From assembly GCA_002633005.1 (NCBI GenBank), contig NMRA01000207.1, forward strand, positions 457,470 to 521,469: DNA of 64,000 bases. Direction: 5' to 3'. Made by a program: the position numbers and the translations under genes. Source of the DNA: Phoronis australis (lineage: Eukaryota > Animalia > Phoronida). Within the stretch, counting starts at the first letter, position 1; every line of letters starts with the position of its first letter. Below the pieces are notes generated by a model, which searched no databases, was not told the DNA's origin, and saw only the letters and a list, made by a program, of their open reading frames with translations. Shown in pieces: positions 40,031 to 54,900 of this stretch.

Positions 40031-42041
40031 GCGGGTCATCGACGATAAACTTTTTTGTTACAAAAGGCAGAGGATTATGCAAGAAAATGGCGTTTACTAG
40101 ATTGTTTTTCACTTAAACGGCTGTAACGTGCAAGGTGAGTGCGCTCGCAGAGTCACCTCTCGGAAGTTTCCGGTTTGACGGATGACAAAGAACGATCTCA
40201 ATGAAATTACACAAAGTCGTTTTAGAGCTTGTAATAGCTATACAAAACGTATTTTGAGTATTAAAATGCATTTTTTCCAAAACCTAAATAACACAAGGAG
40301 TAGTTCTACATTTATACAATCCTAACTTTGGTCCTATATTTTTGTATTCGTGCGCGCCGAATGAAACAGTAATCGTGAGTGTTTCTGTGTTGCAAAATCT
40401 CTTATCCTGGGCCGATTTGAAAAATTCAAAGTTGTATTCGTATTTGTTTACGCTCCTCTTTTCAAATATTACAGTAAAAACTACGTAAAATTCTCTCCAT
40501 AAAAAGTACAGTTGTTAGGCTAGACTGTAATCAGCTGATCATATCCGCATGAGCGAAGTCAATTATCCTCGCTTGTGACTCGAAGAATAGAGCAGCTTGG
40601 CGGCATCCCTTTGAGCATGAGCCGAGCGCTTCTCAGCCAAGGTGGATAAATACGGTCTAGTTCAATTTTCCATACCCCGCCGTTTACCTTAAACACAGGG
40701 GTTAGAACCAATTTTATTTAGTGGGAATGTTCATAGCATGAAAGGATTCAATTTCATACTCTGAAGACAATCCAAAGAATACCAATTTTAGCCCAGGTGT
40801 ATATCATCTTATTTTAGCCAATGTTTTACACCTGTGAAGACATCGCTAAAGCGGTAACTGCTCTACTTTGCATAATAGTGCTTTATCTCAGAAATCCCGA
40901 CAAACGTCTACATTTTCGCTTGACAGAGAACACTGAGTGCCAAGGATCGGGCCGAGTACAGTCTTTCAAATAATGTTGGCACTAAAGGCAAAAGCACATG
41001 ACAGCTTCAGGAATTTAGCAGCACAATGATGGCAAAATGGCAGACACTAATTCAGTTTACTCAAAGTCAATAACTAATTCAATTTACTCTTTAGTCAATT
41101 TTATGATGTTAATTAAGAAGAGCATCATTTTTACATTAATTCCGTGTCACATGTAATGTAATGCCACTTATTTTTCCCACATGCACCAAGGGTATTTCGA
41201 TTGATACCAGTCGACCAAGACACTGGATCAATGTCACAACAAGGTTTGACAATTTTTGTTCTTAATTGCTGCGCCACAACAGCTGAAGTGTAAAGTGATT
41301 AAGCAGCGGAGCTCAGCACGGCTGAGCGTGCCGTGAACGGAGCCTCGGCCGAGAGTAAACTCACATGTTCGCAAGTTTATCGTTTCATTTCAGTACGACA
41401 ACACACCGAAATAAAATCGTTTCTCCAATACTTACAGCGGCCAGGAAATCACCAAGTAGACTTGAAAAATGCAACCAGAAAATGATCGATTATTAACCGC
41501 AACAGGCATACCATAGAGCGAAGTCTGCACTCTCCAACTTGGCTGATCTTGACCCTGTTGACATTAAGCAAAGGTCTCCAACAGGTGGCACTGAGATTCT
41601 CAACCTCGTTGTGGTTTTAAAATGTCTGCTCCCATGAGCTGAAGCATTTTAACATTCTTGATAAGTTCGTTATAAATTCTAAGCAAGTAGATTTTGTTGA
41701 GACTTAAGATGAAGAGGAAAGAATGCGGAGAGGTAGAGACTGTGAGTGAAAACTGTTCGTAAAATTGATTTTGAGGTTTGCCCTGTCTACCATTAGCCTT
41801 GCAAATAACATAGCCTGTCATAGAATAGATTGCCAATCATGAGTCAAACATCATATCAATATCATTGCTAAAAGTATACAAAAATGCATCTCCTGTGGCT
41901 GTGAAATTTTCGAAAAAATACTCCTGCAATCAACAGTATTCTTCGAATAATCCTTCATTTTGTCAGTGAAATTCAAGACTTAACTCCATTGCACATGTAC
42001 TGTACTGTAGTCAATACAGTGTTCTCCACGGCCTGTTTTAA

Positions 42042-42160
42042 CTCGACGCTGTAACGAGTTTGGATTTTGCTGCAACGAGTTTGGATTTTGCTGCGTCGAG
42101 TTTGGAAAATGCGCGTCGAGTTTAGAAAGTGCGCATCGAGTTTAGAAAGTGCTGCGTCAG
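42042..42160. repeat. ~19-21-bp degenerate tandem repeats, likely subterminal repeats of an element starting CAGTGTTCTCC (42017) and cut by the N at 42444
   Basis: Units of CGAGTTTGGATTTTGCTGCAA type, about 5 copies. Confidence 0.7.
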
Positions 42161-42810
42161 GTTTGAACTTTTGTCCAGGCTTGGTATTTCAGCCCTCAAC
42201 CCTAAAGCAGTGCCTGATTAACCAACATTAAGCCCAATACAGAACTTTGAGGCAGTCAACACTATATGTATAACTTCGTAAGACACTACAAAAGTTTAAG
42301 TTATAATTAACAAAATCTGCAAAAAACTTTAAATAACAAACATTTCATGGAGTCAACTAGCTTGCTTAATTGAATGACTAATCTACTTAATCATTCTAAC
42401 TTTAAAATTTTGCAAGTCAACCTATAAAAAAGCAATTTAATTTNATTCGCCGAAAAGCTTCCGGCGTACAGAGCGCCTATAGCCTCTACATCGCCTCTGG
42501 TTCGGGCCAACAGAGGCGATGGTCATTGCCTATAAGTCAATGTGCTAGAGTAAATTCAGAGTACAGTCCTAGTCGACCTAGAGAGCCAGAGGGTTATGGG
42601 GAGGTACGTCATCTGTCTTCCAGGCAAGGTACGAGGAGGCAGACCAGATGGGGTGACTTATTTAGGTGTCCGATCATACACTGTATGAACAGCAGAGGCA
42701 AGGGGTGTCACAACCCTACAACCATACAGATCCCGAAAACATGCAAATTTCAACGTAGCTTTTTCAATTTTATTTAATTGCCAGGTTATGTTGTGTTTAA
42801 TTTTCACCAG

Positions 42811-42927
42811 GAGACTGCCGTGCACAAGTTGAGTAAAGGCGAGTTGTACAAACCTCCTACTAATGAGGAGCTGCATCAACTGAAGGAGGCCGAGACTCTC
42901 TTCCAGTCAAGTCTGTTCAGACTGCAG
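42811..42927 (+). CDS. NOL6: NOL6 exon
   Basis: ETAVHKLSKGELYKPPTNEELHQLKEAETLFQSSLFRLQ; ccag/gtac boundaries. Confidence 0.9.
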
Positions 42928-45900
42928 GTACAGTTGAAATGGTCACTTAGTGTGCTTATCTACTGAACTTCTCCTATTTTAAAAAAACAAGAATCCCCAG
43001 TTGAAAGTCGTTTGGCACGCCATCTTTTAAAGACAGCTGTCACACTTTTTGGGGTGGAACACTTAGATTTTTGAGTTTGTGTATCTAACTGTGGAATCAG
43101 TAGAGTTCAGTCATTGATTGTGGGGTTTGATTTATCAGTTTAGACTTATTACAGTTTAAGATCCATGCTTTCAACATGACCTGTTTAGCATTATGTAAGA
43201 CTTTAAGGTTATGTGGAACCTGATTGAAAAATCTGCATTTAGGAAGCACTATTACAGTTTTCTAAATTGTTGTTGTCTTTGTTCATTTTGGTCAGTATGT
43301 TGCCATGCTTAGTTTTTTTTGCTCACTGGCAAGACAATTGTTAGTTTTTATTGAAAGTTATGAGTTTTAATTATAAACTGTCATTGTCTTTCATGGCATG
43401 AGACCACTGAGACTTGTCGTACTAAATTAGCTGCTAATTCATTGCAGGTGACAGAGTTGCTGAAAGAGGTGCACCATAAGAACTCTAGACAATTGCAAAT
43501 TGATGATTATATCACACGCCTCTGCAGTCTTCTGCAGGCTTTACCCCCTGGGGATAAACACAAGGTAAAAAGTTTAACAGATGAATATTTTTTAGAAAAA
43601 TGTCTTATTTGCTTCATATGGTTGTAAACACATAATTAATATGCTTAACATACAAGTTTGTTCCTAACATAAGTTGATGTGATAAAGCATTTAGTCTTCA
43701 AGTTGTGCATATTGTTTCTGAGATCATATTAACTTACACATGGTTGTTTTTGTCTTTGTTAGCTGACTGATGCTGACTGGCTCACCCACTGGGATATTCA
43801 GTTGCCTCTCACAGCGGGGCAGCATAACGCAGTCAAGGGCAGCTTCCAATTCTTGCCCCCAAAATCGGTCAAAGTCATTGGCAGTTACCAACAGGGCACC
43901 AGCCTAAAACCACACTCACATGTGGACATCTGGCTTGAAATTCCCAAGGTATTCAGTGCTGAGTATTATTTTGCATGAGTTATTGCTGTAGAGCTACAAT
44001 TATATGTAAGAGATTTGAAAGTGAATACTTACGATGCTATAATCCGTCTGACAGTTTTCATTCTCCTGTGTTTAAAGGTGCAATAAACCCTTGCTTCTAT
44101 TGTTTGATTTAATCCGCTTACTGTTAAGTTTCAGGTTATCTTGTTCTTTACTTAGATTAGAAAGCGTGACTGCCAATTGTTACAGAATCTTCCATGTTCA
44201 ACATATTTTTTTGCCCTAAAAACACGGCATGTTGGTTTTCAAGACAGTGTTACTGGTTTTGAGCATTTATTTCTTGTCCAAAACTCAGATGAAAGTTAAA
44301 AACGACTTTAAAATTATCAGCATTTCGATGCGCCAGATCAGCAAAGATCGATGCTGAAAATACTGGAAATTGAAGGAAATAGTCAAGAACCCGAGACCCT
44401 TCCAATAAGACATTATCCTGAGTACCAGTGTATGATGATAAACTTTCCCTTTTGTGATTTGTCAATTTTTAGTTGCTCTGTGAAGGACTAACCAATTAAA
44501 AACGTGCCTATTTGGCTTTGCATTGATTGATATAATCTGCTTTGGAAATCAGTTAAGATGTGAAATTTCTGAGACTAATGCTCCAAGGAATGAGATTACA
44601 TTTAAAAAGCAGGAAAAGCCATTCACAATGTGGGTGCAACACCCATGTGGGTGCAACACCGATAACACGGGCGCTAACAATATCAGCATGGATCGGGCGT
44701 TCTCTAGCAACCAGTTTCAATGAAAATTCCGTGACTTTCCTTTGGAGTAGCAAAGATGTCGGTGAATAAGGTGCTTTTGGTTTATAGTAGCTTTAAAAAC
44801 AACGTAAGAATTGTTTTTAAACATCTCTTGTGATAAAAACATTGTTTTTTACTTGAATGTATACACTTTAGATGTTTTACAATTACTTCAATGCCTCTCA
44901 AGGCTGTTTGAAAACACAATCGTTATTTCATCCCTTCTCAGATCTTGGATTGTGTAACCTATTGTTAAGTAATGGACTTGTCAAAGAGTTACAGTTAACC
45001 ACCAAGGCAAACACAATATTTCAAGTTTGATCCCAAATCTTCACCAGGAGACAATGTGTGAGAGTATTTTTGAATGCAATGATTTGATGTGAAAAGTGTA
45101 ATACTTGTCATTCAAACTTCAGACTTTGACATCAATTAATTGTATATCAATGTAATTAATTTTTGTTCCATCTATTCTTGCTGCCTGATGATTATTTGTG
45201 TAAAACAAAATGTGCATAAATGAGCATATTTTATCATTTTTCTGTCAGTATCTTACTGCCTGATTTTGTCTGCAGGAAAATCTGGAACCTAAAGACTTTT
45301 TGAACTTTCGTTACCTGACGAAACGAGCTCTCTACCTGGCCACTGTGGCTCATCACCTGCGCAAGACGAAGGACATTGACAATCTGTCATTCACCTACTT
45401 CCATGGCAATAAAATGAAACCGATACTTGTAGTGACACCTACTGGTAGGGATTGTCAACATATGGAAGTTAATACACTCAGATAATTTGTTCTTTTTCAA
45501 ACTTTGTCAAACTTCAAATTTTGTGGAGTTCAATTTTATGTTCATGCTGATGTTGAATGTTTTAATGCTTTTTTTTGGCATCATGCCAGCACCTTCACAA
45601 TTTGCGTTGCATTTATTCCATTGAAGCACGAGGATGGCTTAGTTGAGCTGACAGTTCTTACAACTATGAATTCAAGCACTTTTAATGTGGGTGCTGGAAA
45701 TATACCCCGTAATCATCTAAGCACAACTCAATGCACCAAATTGAAAAGCACGTGCTCCTTTGTGGAATAATCCGTTGAGCGCGAAATTGACACGCTGCCG
45801 AAATAAATGCTGATAAGTGGTGTTGAACAATATTTTCACTGCATGTGCTACAGGGTTTGCACAATTATACACTCAGGTGTATGCAAAATTTCGAGTCCCT

Positions 45901-48900
45901 TATCCTGCAGTAGGAATTCAAATTGTATGCAAAAGTAAGGGCCTGTTTTGTGAGAATCACCCTGTAGTGTAGTTATGTTGCATGAAACGAACAAGCATTC
46001 CTAGTGGTGCTAGCGATGAATCAATGTGCAGTTATGTTCCAGGCAAGGTGGGCCACCATGTCAAGGTTCACCTTCATACAGGGTTAGAAGAGGGATCCCT
46101 CAAGAGGAGTCGGTTTGACATCAGAAAGAACAACATTAGATCAAACTGGTTCTACGGAGACAAACATCAAACTGGCGAATCAGGTAGCACTATGGAATCA
46201 GTTGTTGGGCAGGCATTATTCTAAAACTGGGGCTTGTTTTGTGGAAATTGACTTAAGACTTAAGTCATCAGTTTGGTTTCTCACTCCACAAAGCAATTTC
46301 TGAAATGTCACTAAATAATTTCATAAGGTTGGTAGATAACACATAGATTAATTCTTATTGACACAACCCAAGCAAAAACGCTGTACCTTGGTAGTTTCGG
46401 CTACACACAGCAGTCATATTCGGAAGCTATGGGACACTAGGTGGCGAGTTGATGACACTGTTCCAAATTTTAGACAATAGACTCTCTATTTGGGTGAAAA
46501 AAGTGGCTCAGTTATGAACAGACAATAGACTCTCTATTTGGGTGAAAAAAGTGGCTCAGTTATGAACAGGCAATAGACTCTCTATTTGGGTGAAAAAAGT
46601 GGCTCAGTTATGAACAGAGACGATGGGGGTATAAATTGTCTAAAATTTGGAACAGTGTCATCACCTCGCCACCTAGTGTCCGACAGCTTCCAAAGATGGC
46701 TGCTGTGAGTAGCTGAAACTGTCAAGGTACAGCGTTTTTGCTTGGTTGTGTCAATAAGCCAGAATTAATCTATGAATTTCTGAAATGTATAATGCCGCCA
46801 TGTAATTAAACCACGCTTGAGCAAAAGTGTAAAGTCTCTGAGGATATGCACATAACTGGCAATTCCTGGCATAATGTCTATGGGAATTATTTCTTGACTG
46901 TAAAGTGCTCACAATTACTTGGCTAAACTTTTATTTAGGAGTTGTGAGGTGGGAGCGTAAAACTGAATTTCTGTCTTGAGTCTGAAGACACTGTTCACGA
47001 AACAGTCCACTGGTCATTACAAGGCAGTCCTGAAGCTTTGAATATTATGCGGCTATTTTTGTCATTTCTCAAGTAGCCTGCAGGTGGCACTGAGGGCTAT
47101 TTGGCCCGGATCTGTCCTGGGCAGGGGCAGAAAATGACTGTTTGTTGCCAAAAGGTTTTAATTTTTCTTATCTGTTTTGAGTAACATCAAGTGCCTTGAG
47201 TCAACCACAATAGCCTCCCTTTTATAAAGAGGTAGAACTGTACGCCATTTCTTAATACATTGTTTTCTTAGATAAGCCAAAGTCGCTGAAGTCCCTATTG
47301 ACCAATTTGTAGAACATTGAATGTGGGTGTTTGAATTTTTTCAGCACTGTGAAATGTGACTAAAATTTCTGGGTTTCACTATAGCAACAGATACTGTATG
47401 TTTCACTATAGAAACACATGTAGTGTAAGCATGCATCTTATCAAGTTCATTGTATTCTACAGGTGAGCCAGCCACACCAGTCTATAACACCAGTATACTC
47501 ACTGACCTCTGCATCAAGGATCATGATAGCTTCGTGAGGCAGGCAATAGATGGTGCCCAAAGCGTGGCAGATGGTATTGCATTGCTTAAGGTTTGGCTGA
47601 GACAAAGGGAATTGCTTGAGGTATCTTGAAGTTTCTTTCTTCTGATGAGGCTTTTTTGATAAATCAAATAGTTCTGGAATCCTTATTGAATTTTTTTTGT
47701 AGTTTGGGTTTTATTAGTTGTTGTTACACTATACCTCGTTTAACGACTGATCGTATTTAAGGTATATGAAATAAACACAGAAAAATCAGGAACCCCAACT
47801 GGGAATCGAACCACAGATCTCTAGATTGCTGGTCTAGTGCTCTTACCACTGAGCTACTGGGGACCCAATATCTGTGCAATTAACAAAGAACATATTGATC
47901 AGTTGCAGGGCTAAGAACACATTTCTGGGGTTATCGTTTGGTAGGATGGACTTCTTGAAGTTATTTGCTTGGAGCAGAGCTTTAAATCAGCAAAATTTGC
48001 CGATTCCCAACAACGGCTTCCAGACATCCGATAGTATTTACTGAAATTGAATCCAGTGTCTCAGTTAAATAAACTTTAAATACTCGGCTACTTGTTGCAT
48101 TGGCTTTTAGTGTCAGACCGTTACTGCTGAGGTTGTGGGTTTGAAACCATTTTGGAGCTGATGTTAAGTACATTTGTCATCAATTGTAATAAAACTAACA
48201 ATCTGTGATTGTTTTGTGTGCTTCACTCCTATCAGTTTCTCCTGTATGTCCTTGTAGGCTGGTTTTTCTGGGTTCATTATGACTATGTACGTAGTCTACC
48301 TACTGCAGAAACACAGAGTCAGTGCTGTGATGAGTAGTTACCAGATAATGAGAAGCACGCTGCTCCATTTTGGTAAGTCTCCTTTGTCTTAAGACTTACA
48401 TCATGAGACTGATTGGGAATCGGTTCATTGTGGCTGTGCTGGGTGGTTGTGTTAGGTAATATAGCCCTGTGCATACATGTCAACACCCCCTCAGGTCTCC
48501 ACCTGTGTCGTCTTCTGTAAAGATCCATATTTAAAGAAAAAACATCCATAAGATATCTTAACGATATTGCTGGAGTGCCCACTCAGAATCTTTGCAGTCG
48601 CTGAGGAAAGTCGTTCAAGTGGAAATGTGCTTTTCAAAAAAGTGTTACTTGACTCCGGTTAGCGGGATTCTGGCAATGTGATGTGCACGTGATCAATTAT
48701 AGTGTAATGAAGTGTCACTACCACGAGATAGTGCGCAATATCGTAAAACTCTTTACTGGTTGTTTGTGCTTTCTATGCTTGTATAATGCATTTGTAAAAA
48801 TGCGGTCTTTTATCATTGTGGGAATGAATTATAGCCCCGAATAAATGAAGGAATCCACATAACTTTATTTGTATGCCTGTATACTACATTTATTGAATCA

Positions 48901-51900
48901 AGTCCATATTATTAAAATACAACCATTCCGTTTGGGTTGATATGTCTTTGCCTGTACTGCAATAGTTAGGCCATGTTAAACTCGTGGTTTGTTGGGCCAC
49001 TGAACTCAGTGTGTGAATTTTTGTGTAATTTTGTCACCTCCCAAACTGCGTCACTGAGCTTATCAATGAGAGCTCGGCATGAATGTCATGAACATGCTTG
49101 TGTTTGATGTCCATAGGGCACCCAGTAATGCCACAATATGATGATGTGATATGTGGCTACAGCCATCACAAGTGTGATGATGTGAAGTATGGCTACAGCC
49201 ATCACAAGTGTGCTGATGTGATGTATGGCTACAGCCATCACAAGTGTGATGATGTGATGTATGGCTACAGCCATCACAAGTGTGATGATGTGAAGTATGG
49301 CTACAGCCATCACAAGTGTGATGATGTGAAGTATGGCTACAGCCATCACAAGTGTGATGATGTGATGTATGGCTACAGCCATCACAAGTGTGATGATGTG
49401 ATGTATGACTACAGCCGTCACAAGTGTGCTGATGTGATGTATGGCTACAGCCGTCACAAGTGTGCTGATGTGATGTATGGCTACAGCCATCACAAGTGTG
49501 CTGATGTGATATGTGGCTACAACGGTCACAAGTGCAATTATGGTTTACCATTCTTTAATAACTGTCGAGCAGCGCTCCTACGACTGAACATAATGATCCT
49601 GGATGACTTTGCTGTGGTTGGTTACTAATTTTAGTGCTACACAAGAAATAATCATTATGTGATATCTGGGAAGCAGTTTATTAGCATATGCTCACAGAAT
49701 AATTAAATTTCAAGTAAAGGACAGTTTGTCGGGGTTGTTTTTGATATGAAATTGGTGTACACAGTAATTTGCTTGCGCTTTAATCTTAGCATAGCCTTTG
49801 ATAAAAATCGTGTTTCTCCTTGCCTGTTGACTGACAGCTGGTTGTTGTTTTCAGTAAAAGAAGACTGGACCAGACATGGGATATCACTGCTAACAACACC
49901 TGGTGGCGACGTGCCCTCCATGTCTGATTTCCATGCCGCTTTTCCTGTAGTTTTTGTTGACTTCACAGGACTCGTCAACTTGTGTGCCTCTATCAGAAGT
50001 GACGTGTTCATGCAGGTTAGTGCCGAACGGAATCGTCAGAATTCTATAATAATATCTCAGAGTCAAGTTTGTATTAATGATATTTCTGACGTTGTTTGAA
50101 TGAAAACAAGACTGTTGAGTTTGTGTATATTAGAAGAGTGTAATACTACAACCATGTGGGTTGTAGGTTCAATTGTGCCATTACGTTGATCTCAGAAAAT
50201 CTTCTTTCTCACCAATAACATCGCTTTAAGTTAAAAGTGGCTATAAAATCACATTCTATCACAAAAAAAACATCTTGTGATTCAGACCACTTGTGAAATA
50301 GGTCTCAAATTGTTTCTTAGATTGAAAATGACATCAAGGTTTTGAATGAACTGACACTTGATCATTGATTGAGATCGTCCTTTAGTTTGGCTTGTCATGG
50401 TATGCTTGATCATTGATTGAGATCGTCCTTTAGTTTGGCTTGTCATGGTATGCTTGATCATTGATTGAGATCGTCCTTTAGTTTGGCTTGTCATGGTATG
50501 TCATTTTATTCACCAAGCATCGTCTCTACGTCAAATAAGCTATCAGTTCCTTCCAAGACCAGATGTTAGGAACAAGTTGAAACCAGCCGTAAATGGTCGG
50601 ACAAAATCGAAGGTCAGTTTTTAAGAAAGCGGATTTGTAATACTGTTTTAAATCCTCACTGAAGACACTGTTATTTCAGGCACGGTTTGAAGCCAGCCAA
50701 GCGTTGACCATTCTGGATGAGCGGGGAGTCGACTCTTTTAAACTCCTCTTCATGACTCCAGTCCCGTTCACACAACAGTTTGACCATTATTTGCAGTAAG
50801 TTGTTTGATTGTTAGCCATTGAGGGCCAGCAATGAATGCATTTCATTTTTTGCAGCAAATATTTTCCTCCACAGTTGCTGATTTCGCTCCATATCTTTGC
50901 AAAACCATTACATTTTACCATTTTTAGTTTCCTGAACAAGTTTTACAAAATGTTGCATGAACAGCTATTGATGTTTTTAACCACAAATATAAACATTTGT
51001 TATGACCTTCTGACCCCGATGGTCGCTTAATCACATGATGGTGCACAATGCACAAGGTCAACACTGTTATGGAGAAGTATTTTCTTAAAGAGTTTCATTC
51101 CAACAAACAGTCCTATTCGATGGGATTAAATGACTCCTTAATCTCTGAAAAAAGATTTATACTGGTATGTGGCTTAATTCTGATCAGTTACTTGCTTTGC
51201 TTTATAATTTGCATTTCTTGGTTGTGGCACTGTTCTGTGACTGTGTAATCGCTGAGCAAGCATTGGCAAGAATAAAGTTATGCTTACAGCTTGTTACTTG
51301 ATGATTCTGTACCCGTGAACTTTATTAAGTGTGACGCTGTTTTTACAATTTTCTCATAAACTGTTTGCACGTGTAGCAAGACAATTAAAATTAGGCCAAT
51401 ATCTTCTGGTTAAAAATAAAATTAATGTAACATTCTCTTCAATGTTTCTTTTCTTCTGATTTCCTGATCACGATTTTTCAGATAACATCAATGCAGTGAA
51501 TTTCAATGGACTTTGTTGCTCTGTTCTGTAGTAAATTGCTCTTTGCTCTAGCATCACCAAGACGGATGTACTCCGTGACTGTGTACATAAACTAGATCTA
51601 ACAAAGACGCTCATGGACTATGGTGGAGATCACGTGACCACATGCATTCCCAGCATGCTTCAGTTGGTACAGAAATCGCTAGACGCTCGTGTGACCCAAG
51701 TAACTGTACAGTCTCTCGTGTCAGCTGAGGTAACATTCAGTAATGAATGATGAACCACTATGTATGAAAAACCAGATTAGGTGTTTTGGTTAGGATACTC
51801 ACCTAAAGAATTCTGCAGACAAAAGTTCTCAGAATTCCCATTATGACGGCTAGTTGGAAGCGAGAATAGGTTTCTCTCATGACTTGTGAATCACGGGGAA

Positions 51901-54900
51901 TTAACAGAAAAGTTAGCAAGGCAGATAAAGGAAACCAAGCCCGGTTTTGGCCTATTGACAGATATTAAAAAGGACTTTCCCATCCAGTTCTCTGCTAAAT
52001 GGTCAAGCATGTCAAGGAGAGTTGCACAGCAACTGTGGTGAAAGACCACCCACCAACAACCATATGTTCAATATTTGACGTAAGGAGTACGATATTTTAG
52101 TTCACTCCTGCTTTAATCACTAAATAGGACGCTAATGATGCTTTGGCAGATGACAGAACGAGGGTTGGTTGAAATCACCAAAACAAGGTGTAGTATCCTT
52201 TTAAAGTTACTGTAGCAATTGATGTTGGGATTAATCAGCAATTAAAGTCACTGCAAATCATGTACTGGTCTCAAAAACTGCTTTCATCAAAGTCTTTGCT
52301 CATCCAGGACAAACTCATTTTGTTCTTATCCTTTACTGAAATGGAAATGAGTTCCAATACAGTACAAGCCAAAAGTCTTCTGACAAATTGACTCACACTT
52401 CTGTGTCAAGATGGCCGACTGGAACCCAATTCAATATTTGTCAAGAGTAACTTTCTCTCTTGTCTGGGAATCATGTGGAAATATCAGGAAGTTAATAAAG
52501 TGGCTGAGCCGTTCTGTAATTAGAATTTTGTCGCCCTAATAGTCATTTTGCTGTTAACAGATATAAGCCCTCTCAACTGGAAACAGCATCTTGTACTGTT
52601 AGTACAGTACTCCTCAAAAGTATTTGGACATTAACAAATGACTCGGAATTCCCCATCACAATGGCTGTGCGCATTTCAAAGTTACTGTCACTGTAGCCGT
52701 CTGATGAGCAGTTACTGAAAATTTGAAATACTTTGATTATAGTGTGATAGGTAAGAGGTATTTTGTCAGATTACTTTTAGCCTGGACCGTAGGCAGTAGA
52801 AGTTGGTATCTTGGTCAACAGGAACGACTTGATGCAGTTCTATAATGACTTTCGTCATTGAAATGCAGTCCCTCTATTACATTCCGTCAAGACTTAAGTA
52901 AGACCTGGGCTCAACTGAAGCTTAACGAGTGGCGCAGTATGCCTTCCAATACATTATTATCACACACAGAAATTGTTTAGCACAAAGTTTTTTACGTCAA
53001 TTCCCGTTGTCTCTGGTTTTCAGGAATAAATGTATGTGTGGATGAAAACTAAAATTATGCGATTTGTTTTTTGCGAAAATTGTATTATTACAGCTCTACA
53101 CATTGCTTTCAGTGGCCTGTTAGTCAGGAGCCCCCCAATAGTGGTCAACAGATAGTCATTGGGCTGAGACTGGACCTGGACCAGGCAAACAGAGTGCTGA
53201 CCAAGGGACCTCCAGCAGATAATGCAGAGGTCAGTTGTGCTGTAACCCGCTGCATCAGTTGCCCCACTTGGTGTGATTGGTTGTGCTGTTGCTAGTGGCA
53301 TCAGAATATCAAAAGTGTTTGGGTTAAACTGTGGCAATTTTGTAAAACAAACCTGTCATGCTTCCGTAGGCGCCACAATTTAACCTGAGGTCAGACGAGT
53401 TTAAGATGGTTTCAAGCTGATACAGACTTGTTATTCAGACGAGTTACTGTCATTAAACTTGCCTCAACCCGCTCCTTACGCAAATGGGAAATGATTTCAG
53501 GACTAGAGAAGAGCCAGCAGTTTGTTGTTTGCTCGAGATCAACTCATGAAAGTTTGCCGATCACGACGGGTTATTATATGTGGTAACCATGATCTGATCT
53601 AACAATTAACGGTCACGTGTTTTTGTGCCCAGATGTCACTTATCACATGAGTAAGGAATGGATTGAGTGCTTTAAATTAAAAATGTGTTTCTTTGCTTGA
53701 AGACAGGGTTACAGTCACTTTAAAAGCACACCTAAGTCAATCAGTTTTGGGACTGAAAAACGTGTTTTGGGGATTATTGTTGGGTAGGATAGATTTGACC
53801 AGAACTCTGAAACTGCAAAATACACCGTTTTTTTAGGAATTGCCAATTCTTACCAAGGGCTTCCCGTCTTCAGTAGAATTAAATGAAATCAAGACAGGTG
53901 ACCTTAGTTATTCTGAAACTCTTGGCTACTTGTATTTTTAGCTCTTAGCAAGGCGTGGGATTGGGTCCACTGAGGTCATGGGTTGGAATACTTGGGCTTG
54001 ATCTCAAATGCACACCATTGTTTGCTATGATGTCACTTTACCATAAATAATACCATCTTATGAGCGCCACCATAGGGCATTATGGAAAACTAGAAATACT
54101 AAGTTGTGTTGTTTTAAAGGTTTAATTAACTTTGAAAGATGCAAAGTAAGAAAGCATGACTAGTAACTGAAATACAATGTCTTGCATCTGTTTTGTATTG
54201 CTGGATCTGAGTTTGGGGAATAATGCAGTTTAAAAAATTGTCAACGTCTCATGTCTTTCCATTTTGTAACAATAATTGTGCAAAAAAATAAATGGTGGCT
54301 CCAGAAAAATCTGACACATTGCCAATCAAATGCTAATGCCTCCACATTTATAGACTTGTAAATTTATCTACTTGAAGTTCCAAACAATTCAAAACTGATC
54401 AAAAATGGAAAGAAGACGGGGATTCAGGGTCTTCAGCTTCAACGTATCATCCGCTATGTTTATATTTGCAGGCTGATGACTTTCGCAAATTCTGGGGAAA
54501 TAAATCGGAGTTGAGGCGATTCCAAGATGGCAATATTTGCGAAGCGGTAGTGTGGTCGACCAGTGACATGGCAGCTAGCAGAAGAGTAATTGTAGGCCAA
54601 ATGATAAAACACATACTGAATAGGTGAGTTGTGTCAACTGTGCTCAGGGCTTGGAATTTTCCGCGGAAACGCGGATTTCCGCTTTTTTGAAATGTGCTTT
54701 CCGCTTTTTTTTATAATATTTCCGCGTAAAAAAATCGGATTTGATATGAAATTTCCGCGGCAAATTCCTTTCTTACCGCGGCGTTGCAGACGACGTTCAC
54801 CTCGGAAAGCGGAAGTCTTTATGTTTCGGAGGAACGTAAATTGTCAACATTGCCGGGGCATCTGGGTAAAGCGTGGTCTGATTTTCAATGGCGGCTCGTG

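Noticed and set aside
42596-42610. ATGGGGAG|gtacgt as the NOL6 first exon
   Set aside because: Ends in phase 2 whereas the exon at 42811 starts in phase 0.
47789-47866. Functional tRNA-Ala(AGC) gene
   Set aside because: Imperfect T and acceptor stems, non-canonical anticodon loop, and a 3' tail shared with the copy at 59775; better explained as a repeat.
49063-49628. Long Cys/His-rich repetitive ORFs on both strands (metallothionein-like appearance)
   Set aside because: They arise from a 39-bp (multiple of 3) minisatellite within a NOL6 intron whose flanking exons already join in phase.
52695-52740. Hammerhead ribozyme cores (CTGATGA..GAAA), also at ~57392 and CTGAAGA at ~46982
   Set aside because: Stems II and III do not pair canonically around the core.
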